In this document: one piece after another, positions 42,198 to 55,796 of the stretch
How positions within the stretch are numbered: the first letter of the stretch is position 1
How the letters are laid out: every line of letters starts with the position of its first letter
Assembly (NCBI RefSeq): GCF_009914755.1
Contig: NC_060936.1
Strand: one strand, 5' to 3'
Source: the human T2T-CHM13v2.0 reference genome, Homo sapiens
Length of the DNA: 64,000 nucleotides
Notes under the pieces: generated by a model
Databases searched by the model: none
Seen by the model: the letters and a program-made list of their open reading frames with translations, nothing else
Told to the model about the DNA's origin: nothing
Translations under genes and position numbers: made by a program

Positions 42198-44653
42198 TAT
42201 ATTATCTTATTCTCTGTCTCTAAAGAGAGAGTTAAACCAAGAGCCCACAATCACACACATCAACAAACTACATGAGTCAAATTCACTGAGGAAGAGGAAG
42301 GAGAAAAAGAGGTTAGGGATATATGGAGAAGGAAAACTATGGCTCAGAAATGCAGGTACATTAGGATCTAGAGACAAGTACCTATATCAAACAAAAGAAA
42401 TATTGCTTTATGAATTCCCAGAGAATATATTTTTTTCTGAATTAAACTTACCTGTTATTAATATATTTTAATTCTCTAGTAAAGGAATTTTTAAATCTGA
42501 GTTTCTGAAGAACTCTTCTTGGTTGCTCCCCCATGAAAATCCAAAGGAATTTCTTCTAAAAGTCATAATGAACATTCCTTTAGATGTTTTGGGGAAGAGA
42601 ACTGGTGAAGCCATTTCCCCTCTGCTCCCCCTTCACCCTAGCTGAAGTGTTGCAGACCACAGGACTTTGCTTGGGCCCAAATCATTTCGCCCAGACTCTG
42701 AAATATGGGTGGTTAAAAACAGGATGCCAAAACAACCATATTTCCTCCCCTCATGCTGCCTTTTTACATGTACTCAAGACAATGCAGATTTATTCTGCCT
42801 CACCTGTGTCTAATGTTAGACGCATGCCCCAGAATGTCGGAAAACTTTTGTGTTTCATTTTACAATAAAAGAAATGTACTACCCAAGCTCTCAAGAAAGC
42901 ACAAAGAAATGAATCTGTATCCCTTAAGCTTTGCAATTCATTTTTCTTCTTTGTTGGTTCTCGAAACTGAATTCCCTGGGTTGGGGTTTTATACTACAAT
43001 TTTATCTTCTACACTTTTCTTTACTTCCCCCTTCACTCTACCCCCGCTATCCCCCCACTCCCTAGGGGCTTTGGCTTCAAATCAAAACAGCTTTCAAGTG
43101 GCCAGGACCAAGTTCCAAATCTTCTATGTTTCCTACAGATTTTCCTTCTTTCCCAGATTTTTCTAAGCCCCACTCTTTGTAGGAAGGCATGCACCTCCAG
43201 ATAGGGTCCTGACTGTAAGCATTGTGCTTGGGCCCCCATCCCAACTGCAGAAGTTTATTTGAAGTATGTTACTCTTTGCCTGCTTCTTAACTTGAGGCCC
43301 AATAGTCTTACAATGTCATTTTTTTCCCCTACTGTAAATCAAGGGACAGCTGTCTTTGGACTAAATTCCAAATAGTTGGTCTGGAAATGAACTTCTCAGT
43401 GGGTCCCTCCTCTATTCTGGCTGACATTTCCCCATTAATTTCTTTTTCTCTTTCATCCATTCATTGGCTGATGAGTCTATAAATACACCTCATCTGCTTT
43501 TACTTTGCTTTTTAAGAATAAACTGATACCAAACACACTGTCTTAATTACATCCACAGGCAAAGCATAACGAGTTTAAATGTTGTCACAATATAGTTTAA
43601 AAACTTGACATGGTTCATTATGCCAGCTGTGATAAAACTGGGAAATGAAAACCTTAATTTGGATGTGTAAATGAGTAATTCATCTGAAAAGGTATTTTTA
43701 ACATTAATAAATGAGAATACCTAGAAACCTACTAAGCAAAGGAAGGGAGTTGAACAGGAAACCGATAAGTAGATTGGTAAAGAAGCAAGGAAACCCGGCC
43801 TCCATTCCTCTTGGGCACAACACCTCTAAAATTAGGCAAGTCAGCCCTCCCAAATTCAGACCAGACCTGGGAGAACATTGTTCCTCATTCTGTTCTTGAG
43901 CATTCACATTATGAGGTGGCTGCTGATTCATGAGGATCTGAATTCTAGGTGCACATCAGGAAGGAAGGCTCAGGAAAATTCTGATTTATGCCCAGAAGAC
44001 AGTAGGTTTTGGAAAACTCTACTTTTAAGATGAAAACAAGATTAAAGGGAAGGATAAGGTAACACTCATACGTTCTTGATATAAAATTACTTCTTTTAAA
44101 ACCTTTGGTTCTGATGATATGGCTGATAACTTTCCAATAGCAGTAGCCCACTGGGATAAATTAACATTCTGAATTTTGTGAAGCAATCTTTGTTTTCCTG
44201 AGGTATTTTCACACAAACACATTCTTAACTGATGGAGAGCAATGGAGAAATAAATATTCATTTTTGAATGGGAAATAAAAGTCAATGGCAAGTTTCTCAG
44301 GTAGGAAACTACTATAATCTCCCAGTTTTCACACATAAAAAGCCTCAAGAAAATAGCAGTTAATGTACGTTGAGTCATATGTGAAAACTGATAGACATAT
44401 CAAAAAAGTTTTAAATGAGTCAAAAGAAGAAAAGGCTTACAGATGGCCAGATGGCTTTGACATTGATGGAGTAGTATAAGAAGAGTGATGATCAGATGTT
44501 TTACCGTTTCTATGAGAATCATTCAAAATAAATGTGATTAAACTGTAGAAAAATCAATTTTGGCAATGTATAAGAAGTTGCAGACTCTAGCTGGAACCCA
44601 TTCATCACCAGATGAGTTTATTAAAGGATACTGTGGAAGAATCCTTTTCTGGG

Positions 44654-44818
44654 TTTTCTTTTTTTTTTTTAGACACAAAGTCTTGCTCTGTCACCTATGC
44701 TAGAGTACAATGGTGCAATCTTAGCTCACGGCAGCTTTGAACTCCAGGGCTCAAGTGATCCTCCTGCCTCAGCCTCCCAAAGCTCTGGGATTACAAGCAT
44801 AAGCCACCATGCCCAGCC
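44654..44818 (-). mobile_element. Alu monomer (FAM/FRAM-like or collapsed AluJ)
   Basis: ~165-bp single arm with poly-T; flanking aagaatc on both sides. Confidence 0.8.
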
Positions 44819-45309
44819 AAGAATCTAGTTTTTTTAAAAAAAGCTCAGGGAACAGCATGTTAATACTAACTCTGTGCTAGGCATTTTCACATAAATATCT
44901 TACTGACTCTTTGCAGCAACTCAGCAATAGGCATTAACTCTGTGCAACAAGACGTACAGATAATCTCCAATTGTCATGCATTCAACTTCCATATATCATG
45001 TGTGGACAGCTATACACTGCTTACTACATACTAAAACCACGCTTTTATACATCAGTTTTGATGAATAAACTTTTTGAGGGCCCTGGTGGCTGCTGGCTGG
45101 CTAATAATTCAGTTTGACAGCCTTGCTTCTAGACAGACAATGCTGTGGATTCACCAAACCATTTAGTTTCTCCCCTGGGCACATGGAAAAACTACATCTC
45201 CCAGTCATTTTGCATCTAGATGGCATATTGTGACAATTGATGGCCAATGAAGTGTAAGAAAGTGTCAAGTGTGTACTTCTAGCCCTGGCCCTTAAAAAGA
45301 CCCATGAGA

Positions 45310-46199
<890 letters not shown>

Positions 46200-48154
46200 C
46201 CACTGGACTGGACTTTTTATGAGAAAAAAAATTAAACTAAATCAGTGAAATTTGGAATTTGTTTGTAACAACAGTAATTAACAATAACTACCCTTAAGAA
46301 ATAACTTCTATGAATTCAGTGATCCAAACAAAGATTAATATTGGTGCAATTATTTGAATATTTTACTGTAATTTGTCATAATTTTTCTATTAAAAATTAT
46401 GAAAATAGAATAATAAAGGTTTAAATACTAGTAACAGGAGTATCATGAACTTAATATAATACAGAAAAGAATAATAATTATTAGACATATTAAAAGTGAT
46501 GTCTCTAACCTCAGCCAGGCGCTCACTTAAGCATGTTGACTACACATTCGGTTACAAAGAAAAATAAAATTAGAGAATGTGTGGGAGATGCTAGAATTCT
46601 AATCATTCAACTATTGTGTCTAAAAAGCAAGACTTATATCAAAACAGGATCCCTTGCCCCTTTTATATTAAATCCATTGTTTCACTATCTTACAATCAAC
46701 TTGCAGGCATGTTTTCAGGATCAAAAGACAAAAGTGTCTTTTTTCTTATTTTTAAATATAAGAATATTAAAAATCAGAAAAGTTGAACAATTCCCCCAAA
46801 GTCTTGTTAATAAATAATAGAATTAAGATGCATTTCAAGATTGGCATCAGCCTAAAGCCTTATTCTTTTCATTATACCTCACTGCCTCTCATCTCTGTAA
46901 AAAATTAGGATGTCTGCCTGTCTTTGAAGAACAAAATATGTAAAATGAATGATCTTACAGCGCCCCCTTTGAGCACTTTGATTCTATGATAAAGACATTT
47001 CCATCATTTCCTGATGTTGTGAATGCAGGAGGCTCATGAAAAATGTCCCTTTACTACAAAGGTTGGCAAGTGCTCAAAGATATGGCTTTAGTCAGCTATG
47101 CCATGCTGTCTTTACTAAACAGCATTATTTCTAGGAAGAATTTCTATTACTTTAAAGTGGAAAATAAAGTTACAACAACATTAAAGAGTATGTTACAGTT
47201 CCACGCTCTATTCTGTTGGCAGAAAGCTTGGTCTCTGCACCAGCATTCTGCCCCAACTGGCCATGTCTCAGGAGAAAAGAATTCCTCTCATCTCTCTACA
47301 GCAGCCTTTTCTGCTTAACTTAGACCCCCACCAAAGCCGGGTGATGAATACAAAAGGTTTCTAAAGAGAGAAATGGCAAGGAGAGAGCTTGGAGACACCC
47401 TACCTCTTGAAAAGAAGAAAAAATAAGTAAATAGTTTATTATCATCATGGGCCTTGGAATGACATCATAAGACCATCCTTTGTCACCTCTGCCATTTCAA
47501 AGCCAATGCGTATGAGCTATTTTAACTGAAAAAATTATTTTTCATTGACTATCCAACAACTTTGACTTTATACAGTATTTTGAGAACCCATTTTTATAAT
47601 AACTCAGTTCCACAGACTTTTGGACTCATTCGAAAGTGCATGTAGTGGTCAGACTTTTGCTTGTGAGTGATATCAGTGTGAAAATAAGCTTTAATAAAGT
47701 TGCCAGCATCCATGGACCTCTGTACCCATAACAACTTCCATGGCTTCAGTTCTGCCAAAGGTTTTGCTTGATGGGTATTTCCTATGAAGCTTCTCCTGCT
47801 TTCCCACCCATAGCACTGTTCTATGGCCCACACGGGGCCAGAAGCAGCCACTAGGAGAAATTATTGGTCAGGCAACCCTCCAGTGCCGCAAGCCCGGCCC
47901 TCCCTCTTCATGTCCCTGAGCTGTGTCCAAAAATAGAAAATGAGACATGATGATGGATTGAGAGTAGGAAGAAGGGAGGGATCTCGGGGTGAGTGTTTAA
48001 GTCAACACAATGGAATTCCACCAGCAAAGGCTTGCTGCATAAATCACTCTTGAGAGAAAGTTGGGCACACTGGGAAGTGTGTTGGGGCTTCCAGGCAAGT
48101 GGTGGATGGGCACTATCAGGAGGCACACCCAGAAAGAGGTGGGGCAGTGTGGAA

Positions 48155-48297
48155 CAGGACTTCTCAAACTTGAATGTGCCCATGAATAACCTGGAGATCT
48201 TGCTGAAATGCAGGTTCTGACTCAGTTGTCTGGGGTGAGGCCTGAGATACTACCTTTCTAGTAAACTTTCAGTTGACAATACTTTGAGGAGCAAGGA
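48155..48297. mobile_element. MER5 (hAT-Charlie), followed by a MIR remnant
   Basis: cttctcaaacttgaatgtgc...gaaatgcaggttctgactcag...actttgaggagcaagg. Confidence 0.8.
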
Positions 48298-48665
48298 TGT
48301 AGAAAGTAAGAACACAAAGTCCGATTTCAGAACCTATGAGCTGTGAAACCTTGAGCTTCAGTGTTTTTATCTGTGAAATGGAGATTGTTTTAAGTACTCT
48401 TGTATCAGATTATTGTGAGCATTAAGTGACATGATGTCATTTACCTGGGACATAATAAAGAATTCAATATGTTGATCGCCATCAATATTTTATTTTTACT
48501 CATTTGAGCATTGGGGCAGCTTCCAAAACATTGATCTGTCGATTTGATTTTTTAATGGTGAGACGAGGTGCGCAGAATGAAGTGAAGTCCAGGGTGGAGG
48601 GATAGGAGTAGGTGGAGGAAGTGGGAAGAAAAGTAAGCCTGGGAAGGAATAAAAAGAAAGATCCC

Positions 48666-49235
48666 CCTTTCGGCCGGAACCACCATCTTCCAGTAATTCA
48701 CCAAAATGACGAATACAAAGGGAAAGAAGACAGGCACCCAATATATGTTCTCTAGGCCTTTTAGAAAACATGGAGTTGTTCCTTTGGCCACATATATGCG
48801 AATCTATAAGAAAGGTGATATTGTAGATGTAAGAGAATGGGTACTTTTCAAAAAGGAATGCCCCACAAGTGTCACCATGGCAAAACTGGAAGAGTCTACA
48901 GTTACCCAGCATGCTGTTGGCATTGTTGTAAACAAACAAGTTAAGGGCAAGATTCTTGTCAAGAGAATTAACGTGCATATTGAGCACATTAAGCACTCTA
49001 AAAGCCGAGATGGCTTCCTGAAACGCGAGAAGGAAAATGATCAGAAAAAGAAAGAAGACAAAGAGAAAGGTACCTGGGTTCGACTGAAGCCCCAGTCTGC
49101 TCCACCCAGAGAAGCACACTTTGTGAGAACCAATGGGAAGGAGCCTGAGCTGCTGGAAACTATTCCCTATGAATTCATGGCATAATAGGTGTTTAAAAAA
49201 AAAAAAAAAAAGACCTGTAAGGACTGTAAGAAAAA
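48666..49235 (+). pseudogene. RPL21: RPL21 processed pseudogene, full-length cDNA; 159-codon open frame 48706-49185 with an internal frameshifted segment
   Basis: MTNTKGK...[18 protein letters not shown]...IPYEFMA; intronless; pyrimidine 5' leader; A-tail; 15-bp TSD aaaaagaaagatccc at 48651-48665 and 49236-49250. Confidence 0.97.
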
Positions 49236-49999
49236 AAAAAGAAAGATCCCTACCTATACCTTCATCATTCATGTTCAGACAGAAAATTTCCCAGTGACAG
49301 ATGCATCGCTGTGAAATTACATTAAGAGAGGTATTCCTAGGGAAGCTGCGGGACATGCTTTGTGGTTTCTTCATCTATTACGAAAATAAAGGCACTGAAG
49401 TAAGGCTGTAGCTACCAAAGTACCACATTGCTTTAACACACATGTGACTCTTACAGAACTTTTTTACATTAGGGATAATAGCATAAACTTATCAACTGAA
49501 TTAAACAAAGTAAACCAAATTATTTTTGATGCAAATACAGAGTACTCCACCAAAATTTTGGTCAAAGTGCTTAACTCTTAAACCTTTCTCCAGTGCTCTG
49601 AGATTACGAGGGGCACAAGTGAAGAATACCTAAAATTGTAATTGCACCCTAGTGGCCCAACAGCTGACTATAGTCCATGGAGTTTTGGGTTTTGGTTGAT
49701 TTAAATTAATTGTTACATTTAAATAAAGGAAGAGTTTGGCTCAATTCCCTCCCAGCAACTAGAAGCTGAAGTTGAGTAATGGATACTCCTTTTAAATGAG
49801 ACATGCACTCTACAGTTTGCGACTGTTTCCACTATTCCTTATAAGCATACACAGACTTTACTCATTTACCTTATCAATCTAAGCCTGTGTAGAGAGTTGA
49901 GTTTGTCACTCCTGACCTAAGAAGAGGTGGTAAAGAAGCATGGGATTTCTTCCTAGAAGGATGAATAAATGCAAAAGAGATGAAAAATGAGGGGAAACC

Positions 50000-51990
50000 C
50001 CATTTTTTAAATATTTACTCACATATTTACCATTTAAGTGCTCTTCATCTCTTTCTGTAGGTCCAAATTCCCATCTAGTATCATTTTCTTTCTGCTAAAA
50101 GAACATTTAACATTTCTTAACGATCACACGCCTTTTATTGACCTGAAAAAAATTTTATTTTGCCTTTATCTTTTAAAAAAATCTTCAGTAGGTATAGAAT
50201 TCCAGGCTGGCAGATTTTTGTTTTTCTCCAGCACTTAAAAGATGACCTTCCATTGTCTTTAGGCCTGCATGGTTTATGACGAGAAGCCTGCTATAATTCT
50301 CAAGTTTATATCTCTGTACATAACGTATCTTTTTCTCCCTGGCTGTGATTTAGATTTTCTTTTTGGCATTAATTTCAGAAATTTAACTATGATGTGCCTT
50401 AGTGTGATTTTTTTTATATTACTGCTGTTCGGAGTTTGTTGAGCCTTTTGAATCTATGAGTTTACATTTTTAATAAAATTTGTATAATTTTCAGCCACTT
50501 CTTCAAATAGTGTTTCTGTTTCACCCACATCACATTTGTAAGACTCCAGTTACACATATGTTGCATGGCTTTATAAGATCCCAGAGTTCACTGGGGCTCT
50601 CTGTATGTGTGAGTTTGCTTTTAGTCTTTTTTGTTCTTTTTTTTTTTTTTTTTTTTTGAGATGGAGTCTCACTTGGTCACCCAGGCTGGAGTGCAGTGGC
50701 ACAATCTCGGCTCACTGCAAACTCCACCTCCCATATTTAAACAATTCTCCTCCTCAGTTTCCCAAATAGCTGAAATTACAGGCACCAACCACCATGCCTG
50801 GCTAATTTTTGTATTTTTAGTAGAGATGGGGTTTCTCTATGTTGGCCAGGCTAGTCTCAAACTCCTGACCTCAAGTGATCCACCCTCCTCAGCTCCCAAA
50901 GTGCTGGGATTACAGGCATGAGCCACCGTGCCTGGCCTTTTTTTTTTTTTCCAACCTGTGATTCATTTTGGATAGTTACTATTGCTATGTCTTCAGGTAC
51001 AGTGACTTTTTCTTCTGCATCATATAAGATGCTGGTAATCCTATCCAGCTTATTTTTTATTTCATATTTCCATCTCTATAAGTTTCATTTGGGTCTTTTT
51101 AATATGTTTTACTCCCTATTCATAGTGTTTATGTTCTCTTTTACATCCTTAAACATAGGATAAACTTTGTTAAGGTCCTTGCCTACTAATTCCATTATCT
51201 CTGTCATTTCTTGATCTATTTCTACTGATTAATTTCTCTCTTGTTATAAATCACATTTTTACACTTTCTGGTATATCTACAAATTACTATTTGAATTACA
51301 GATATCGTTAATTTTATTTTATTGGGTGCTGGATTGTGTTCTCTTCTTTAAAGAACATTGGATTTCGTGGCAGATCAGTTTGATTCATGAAAGGCTCATT
51401 TTTACATTTTGTATGGTGGTTCCAGAGCAGCTTTTATTATAGGACTAATTTACTCCACTACTAAGGCATGGCACATCTGAGGACTTCACCCAATGCACTA
51501 TGTATTTTGAGGTTTCTCCACTCAGGCTGGTAGAAACACGAAGTATTCCCGGTCCTCTGTAAGCTCTAGGTATTGTTCAGCCTGTGCTTTCAGGGAGTTC
51601 TTCACCGCAGTCTTCATAGTGTCTTCACGAGCACATGCAGATCAATAAAACTCATCCAAAGACATGGGGTAAGTGCTCTGCAGATCTCCAGAGCTTCCTT
51701 TCTATCTAGTTTCCTCTTTCTGGTAAACTCCCCTGCAAATTCTAGCCTCCTCAGTCTCCCCAGACTTTAAACTCTGTCTCTTCAACTTAGCAAGACCACT
51801 AGGCTGTTTTGGTTATTCCACCATGGGTAGTATCCTGGAAACTGCCTCCAGGTATAAGGTGTGGCAATCACAGGGCTCATCCCATTTATTTTCCTACTCA
51901 CAGGGATTAAAATCTTGTTGTCCGATGTCTGACGTTTTGTCTCATTTCTAACTGTTTAAAATGGGAAGACAATTGCTGTAGCAGTTAATC
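50000..51990 (-). mobile_element. Old L1M (5'/ORF1 region), interrupted by an Alu
   Basis: T-rich antisense L1: cacttaaaagatgaccttccattgtctt, tttaactatgatgtgccttagtgtg, gactccagttacacatatgtt. Confidence 0.75.
50627..50937 (-). mobile_element. AluS
   Basis: Full dimer with poly-T. Confidence 0.93.
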
Positions 51991-52859
51991 ATTGATGGTC
52001 AGCAGCAGAAGTTAGTGTAGTTGCTAGAAAACCAAGGCAAGGAGAGCATTTCAGGCAGGGCAGGGATGATCACATAAGCCAAGGCAAATAGGTGAGAAAC
52101 AGTAATTATGAGTATCAGAAAACAGCAATTTGGTGTTGCTGCACCACAAAGCTAAGGCTGGAAGGGACTGGAAAAATATGAGGCTGATGCCGGCATCCAG
52201 GGCCAGAATTTGAGGCTTCTGGGGTTATGTGATTAAGAACTATGGAATAGGAAGAAAAACAATAGTCAAAGAATTAGGAGACCTGGGTTCAGATTCTAGT
52301 TTATTATTAGCCATGTAACTTTGAACAACTCTTTTGTGCTTTAGTTTTCTCATTCGTAAAATAAGAAACCTTCCTTAGTTTTTGCCCAAGACTATATTTC
52401 AAGGTAAAATTTTCATAACTGAGTTCAGTGGAGGTGGGGGGACCCTTTGGGCTGGGGTCTTCAGAGAAAATAGGTTTCTAATACCAAGTATTTACTGGAT
52501 ACCTGCTACATGCCAAGATGTGTGCCCAGAGCTTTAAATACATGGTTTAGTCCCTACAATGACGCCCCCCGCCCGCCACTCATCCCACAGATCAGCCAAC
52601 AGAGAGGTTAATAGTTTGTCAAAGGTCACATGACTAAAAAGTGATGGTAACAAGATCTGAACTCAAGTCTGAGTAATTATATTTTGCTGCTCCTATCTTG
52701 GGCCAGATATCACTATGTCTTTAAAGCTCCTTGGGTAATTCTAATGTGCATCCAGGGTTAACAGTCACTGACTAGAAAGGTTAAAAGCAGGTTTGAGACA
52801 ACAACCTTAATAATTGAACAAGTAACACCTTGAATAATGCCTCCCCTCCCTAATTAAGT

Positions 52860-53099
52860 CAATTTGCACACACAGTGATTGTACCTATACTCCAGCCCAA
52901 CCCCTATAAAGAGCTGGAGAATGGGTGGGTGACTCTTTGATTTTCTGGAACAGGATGTCTTCAAGAGGTGACCTCCTCATAGAGCGAGTGGTCAGTTGTA
53001 CTATCTAATCTTCTTTGTGCTTTTTGCAACAGTACAGATTGACTAAGAATATATTAATATTTATTAATTTGGGGGCAAATTGATGCCACATTTTATGCA
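52860..53099 (+). repeat. Left arm of long inverted repeat
   Basis: Reverse complement of 54911-54946 plus 55591-55796; 21-bp exact core agtggtcagttgtactatcta (52987-53007). Confidence 0.9.
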
Positions 53100-53139
53100 A
53101 TTTAATTTTCGGAGCATAATGATGTTATTATAATAACAT

Positions 53140-53370
53140 TTTACTGTAACAATAGCAATTGAAACCCTACTAGGGTCCATGTACTGTGCTGAGCACCTGT
53201 ATTATTTCAGTTAATTCTCACAACAACCTCATGAAGTAGTTGCAGCTATTGTTCCTGTTTTACAGAAAACTGAGACTCTAAGTTACACAGTGAGGAGTGC
53301 AGAAGTGAGCCCAGCCAGTATGGCCCCCCAGCCAAAGTTCCTAGCCCTTCACTGTGTCGCTGCACTTCTT
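53140..53370 (-). mobile_element. MIR
   Basis: ttaattctcacaacaacctcatgaagtag...tgttttacagaaaactgagactc. Confidence 0.75.
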
Positions 53371-54910
53371 ATAGTGGCTACCGGAGGGAGGAAGAAGGCA
53401 TTTTGTTTTTCTTTTTCAGTTACAAATAGTGAAACAAGAACAATCAAAGGGGCTAAATAATGTCCTATCATCCTTTTAAAACATAGACTAGAACAAAAAA
53501 TGAAACTCTTGATTCCCTGAGACTAAAACCTTTACATTCTTCTGGTCTCTTGTATGTGAAACCTCATTTTTGGCACACGGGTCATTGCTCAAAAGCAATG
53601 CGTGCCTTTATCTTTTTGATCTGTGTGTGGTCTCACTAATGTACGTGTGTTAGGGCCGTGCCACAAATCTGGCACCCCCTTCACTAGTAACGATTTTACT
53701 ACGCAGACCACGTTAACGTGAAAAACCTGGAACAAAGAGAAACTCTGACTAGCAGCATTGTTTTCATGGGGAAATGGGCTACATGATATATCACCCATTG
53801 ATAGGAAAAACAGTTTTAAAACATTTTCTTTTTAGGGTGAGAATTGCCAATGTCTAAATCAAAGATGAATACTTAAAAGATCTAGGGACATGAGAAGCCA
53901 ATAATAGCTTGGATGATAATACAGAAGCCTCCATTCAAATATCCTGGAAACTTGCACCCAGTTTTAAGCAAATGAGCACAAGTGTGTCTCTGATTGAGAC
54001 CAAATGTTTTGGAACGCAATTTTACCTTAGACAAGTCTTGGTTATTCAACAGATAATAGGTTTTGGCGAACTTCTCTACGGGACAAATAGACATTTTTCC
54101 AACAGCATGTAAAGTGACTTTTTCACACTTCTAGGAGAAAAAGGTACGGGAAGAAGTGCCTTGCTGATTAGGAAACCTTAGTAGCCTCCGATCATAAATT
54201 TTGCCCACCAGCAACATTGGCAGTGACAACAGCGTGCATAAGAAAAATGCGTAGATGACTCCATTGTTTCATTTAGATTGTTAGTTTTAACTTCTCTCAA
54301 GCAAAAAACAACTCTTTGATTGAGCTTACTATGAAGTATGAAAATTAACATAAATATAATTCCACACACACTCCCAGCTCTAAAGAGGCGTTTATAAAGA
54401 CAGCAGAAAAGCAAGCCAGATCAAACATAATAGCAAATTGGATAGTAGCCTGGAATTAACAGTGGATTGATGAATCAACCTCACATTTTTATCATTTTTC
54501 ACTTAAGAAGCTTTGATCCAGTGTAAAGATTATTTATTCTCTCAAACCCTGTGCATAGTGAGTGCTGCCCTGGGGTATATTCAGTATCAGAATTATTGTG
54601 GAAGAGATTTCCCCACTGGGCAGGAGTTTGGACTAAATGATTCTAGATGTTGGGTAGAACATGCTGAATTTGTAGATAACAGGTCTGTTCAAGGCCTGAG
54701 GAAATCGTGCAGCCAACCTCGAGCCATTGAAACACTTCCAACAAAGCTTCTGAAGTAAAAACATTGAGTAGCTCCCAGGTTTGTTCCAGTAAACATTGGC
54801 CATGTTGGGGACAGGTGGGTAATGGAGTCTAAACATCCCTGGACACTGTGCCGCAGATTCTTTCAGTGTTCTCTGTGGTCTGCCAGTGAAGGCTAAGTTC
54901 TTGGACTCCA

Positions 54911-55796
54911 TGCATAAAATGTGGGGTCACTTTGCTCCAACATTAATGAAGCGGTGTCATTTGTCTGGGGTAAATACCCAAGATTCATTGTCTGATGGCC
55001 ACGGAAAACTAGGACGGATACGTACACACACAGAGTGAGGTTCAGAGTGGAAGTTTAATATGCAAAAGAAAGAGAAGAGCTCTCTCTGCTGCAGAAAGAG
55101 AGGTCCTGGAAAAACAGGTTGCCCCTTCCGTAGTGAAATGCAGAAGGTTTTATTGATGAGCTTGAGGAGGCCGTGTCTGACTTACGTAGGGCACAAAAGA
55201 TTGGTCGGACCAGGTGTGCCATTTACATAGTGCACAAAGAAGTGGACCGCCGCACCCTAATCTTTTATTATGCAGATGGGTTATCTACCTGGCCGGTGCC
55301 ATGTTGCCTGGTTCTTTACTGCACAGGTGGTGACAAAGAAAAGGGAAGATGAAGACTCCATGCTGAACATACCTGGCTTCCAGGTAGCCCTACTTTGTTG
55401 GCACAGATGCTGGCATTTACCTGTGCAAGCTTCCAGCTTGCTTATCTATGTCCGCAGCTCAATTTTTCAGGCTGCTCTTTGTTAGAAAAGAAATGATTTG
55501 GGGGTTGCTTTGTGTTAAAAGGGAAGCCTTGCCAAGGACTCTCTTACCCTCACTATCTGCCTAAATAATTTATTTCTATTTCCTGTATCATTAACACATA
55601 TTAATTTATATCCAGTCAATATATACTTTTGCAAAAAACACAAAGACTAGATAGTACAACTGACCACTGGCTGAACTAAGAAGGTCCTTGAGGAGGTCAC
55701 TTTTTGAATGTATCCTCTTCCAGAAAATTGAAGCATTACCCACCCGTTCTGGAGGCTTGGCTGTAATATAGAAATAATCACAGTGTGTCCAAATTG
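54911..55796 (-). repeat. Right arm of long inverted repeat, split by LTR9
   Basis: tgcataaaatgtggggtcactttgctccaacattaa [LTR] ttaac...tagatagtacaactgaccact (55648-55668)...aatcacagtgtgtccaaattg. Confidence 0.9.
54947..55590 (-). mobile_element. LTR9-family (ERV1) solo LTR
   Basis: Minus strand starts tgatacagga...aattatttaggcagatagtgagggtaagagagtcc; TG...CA ends; 4-bp TSD ttaa at 54943-54946 and 55591-55594. Confidence 0.85.

Noticed and set aside
48496-49374. 292-aa minus-strand ORF, the longest in the window
   Set aside because: Antisense shadow of the RPL21 retrocopy running through its A-tracts; no recognisable protein
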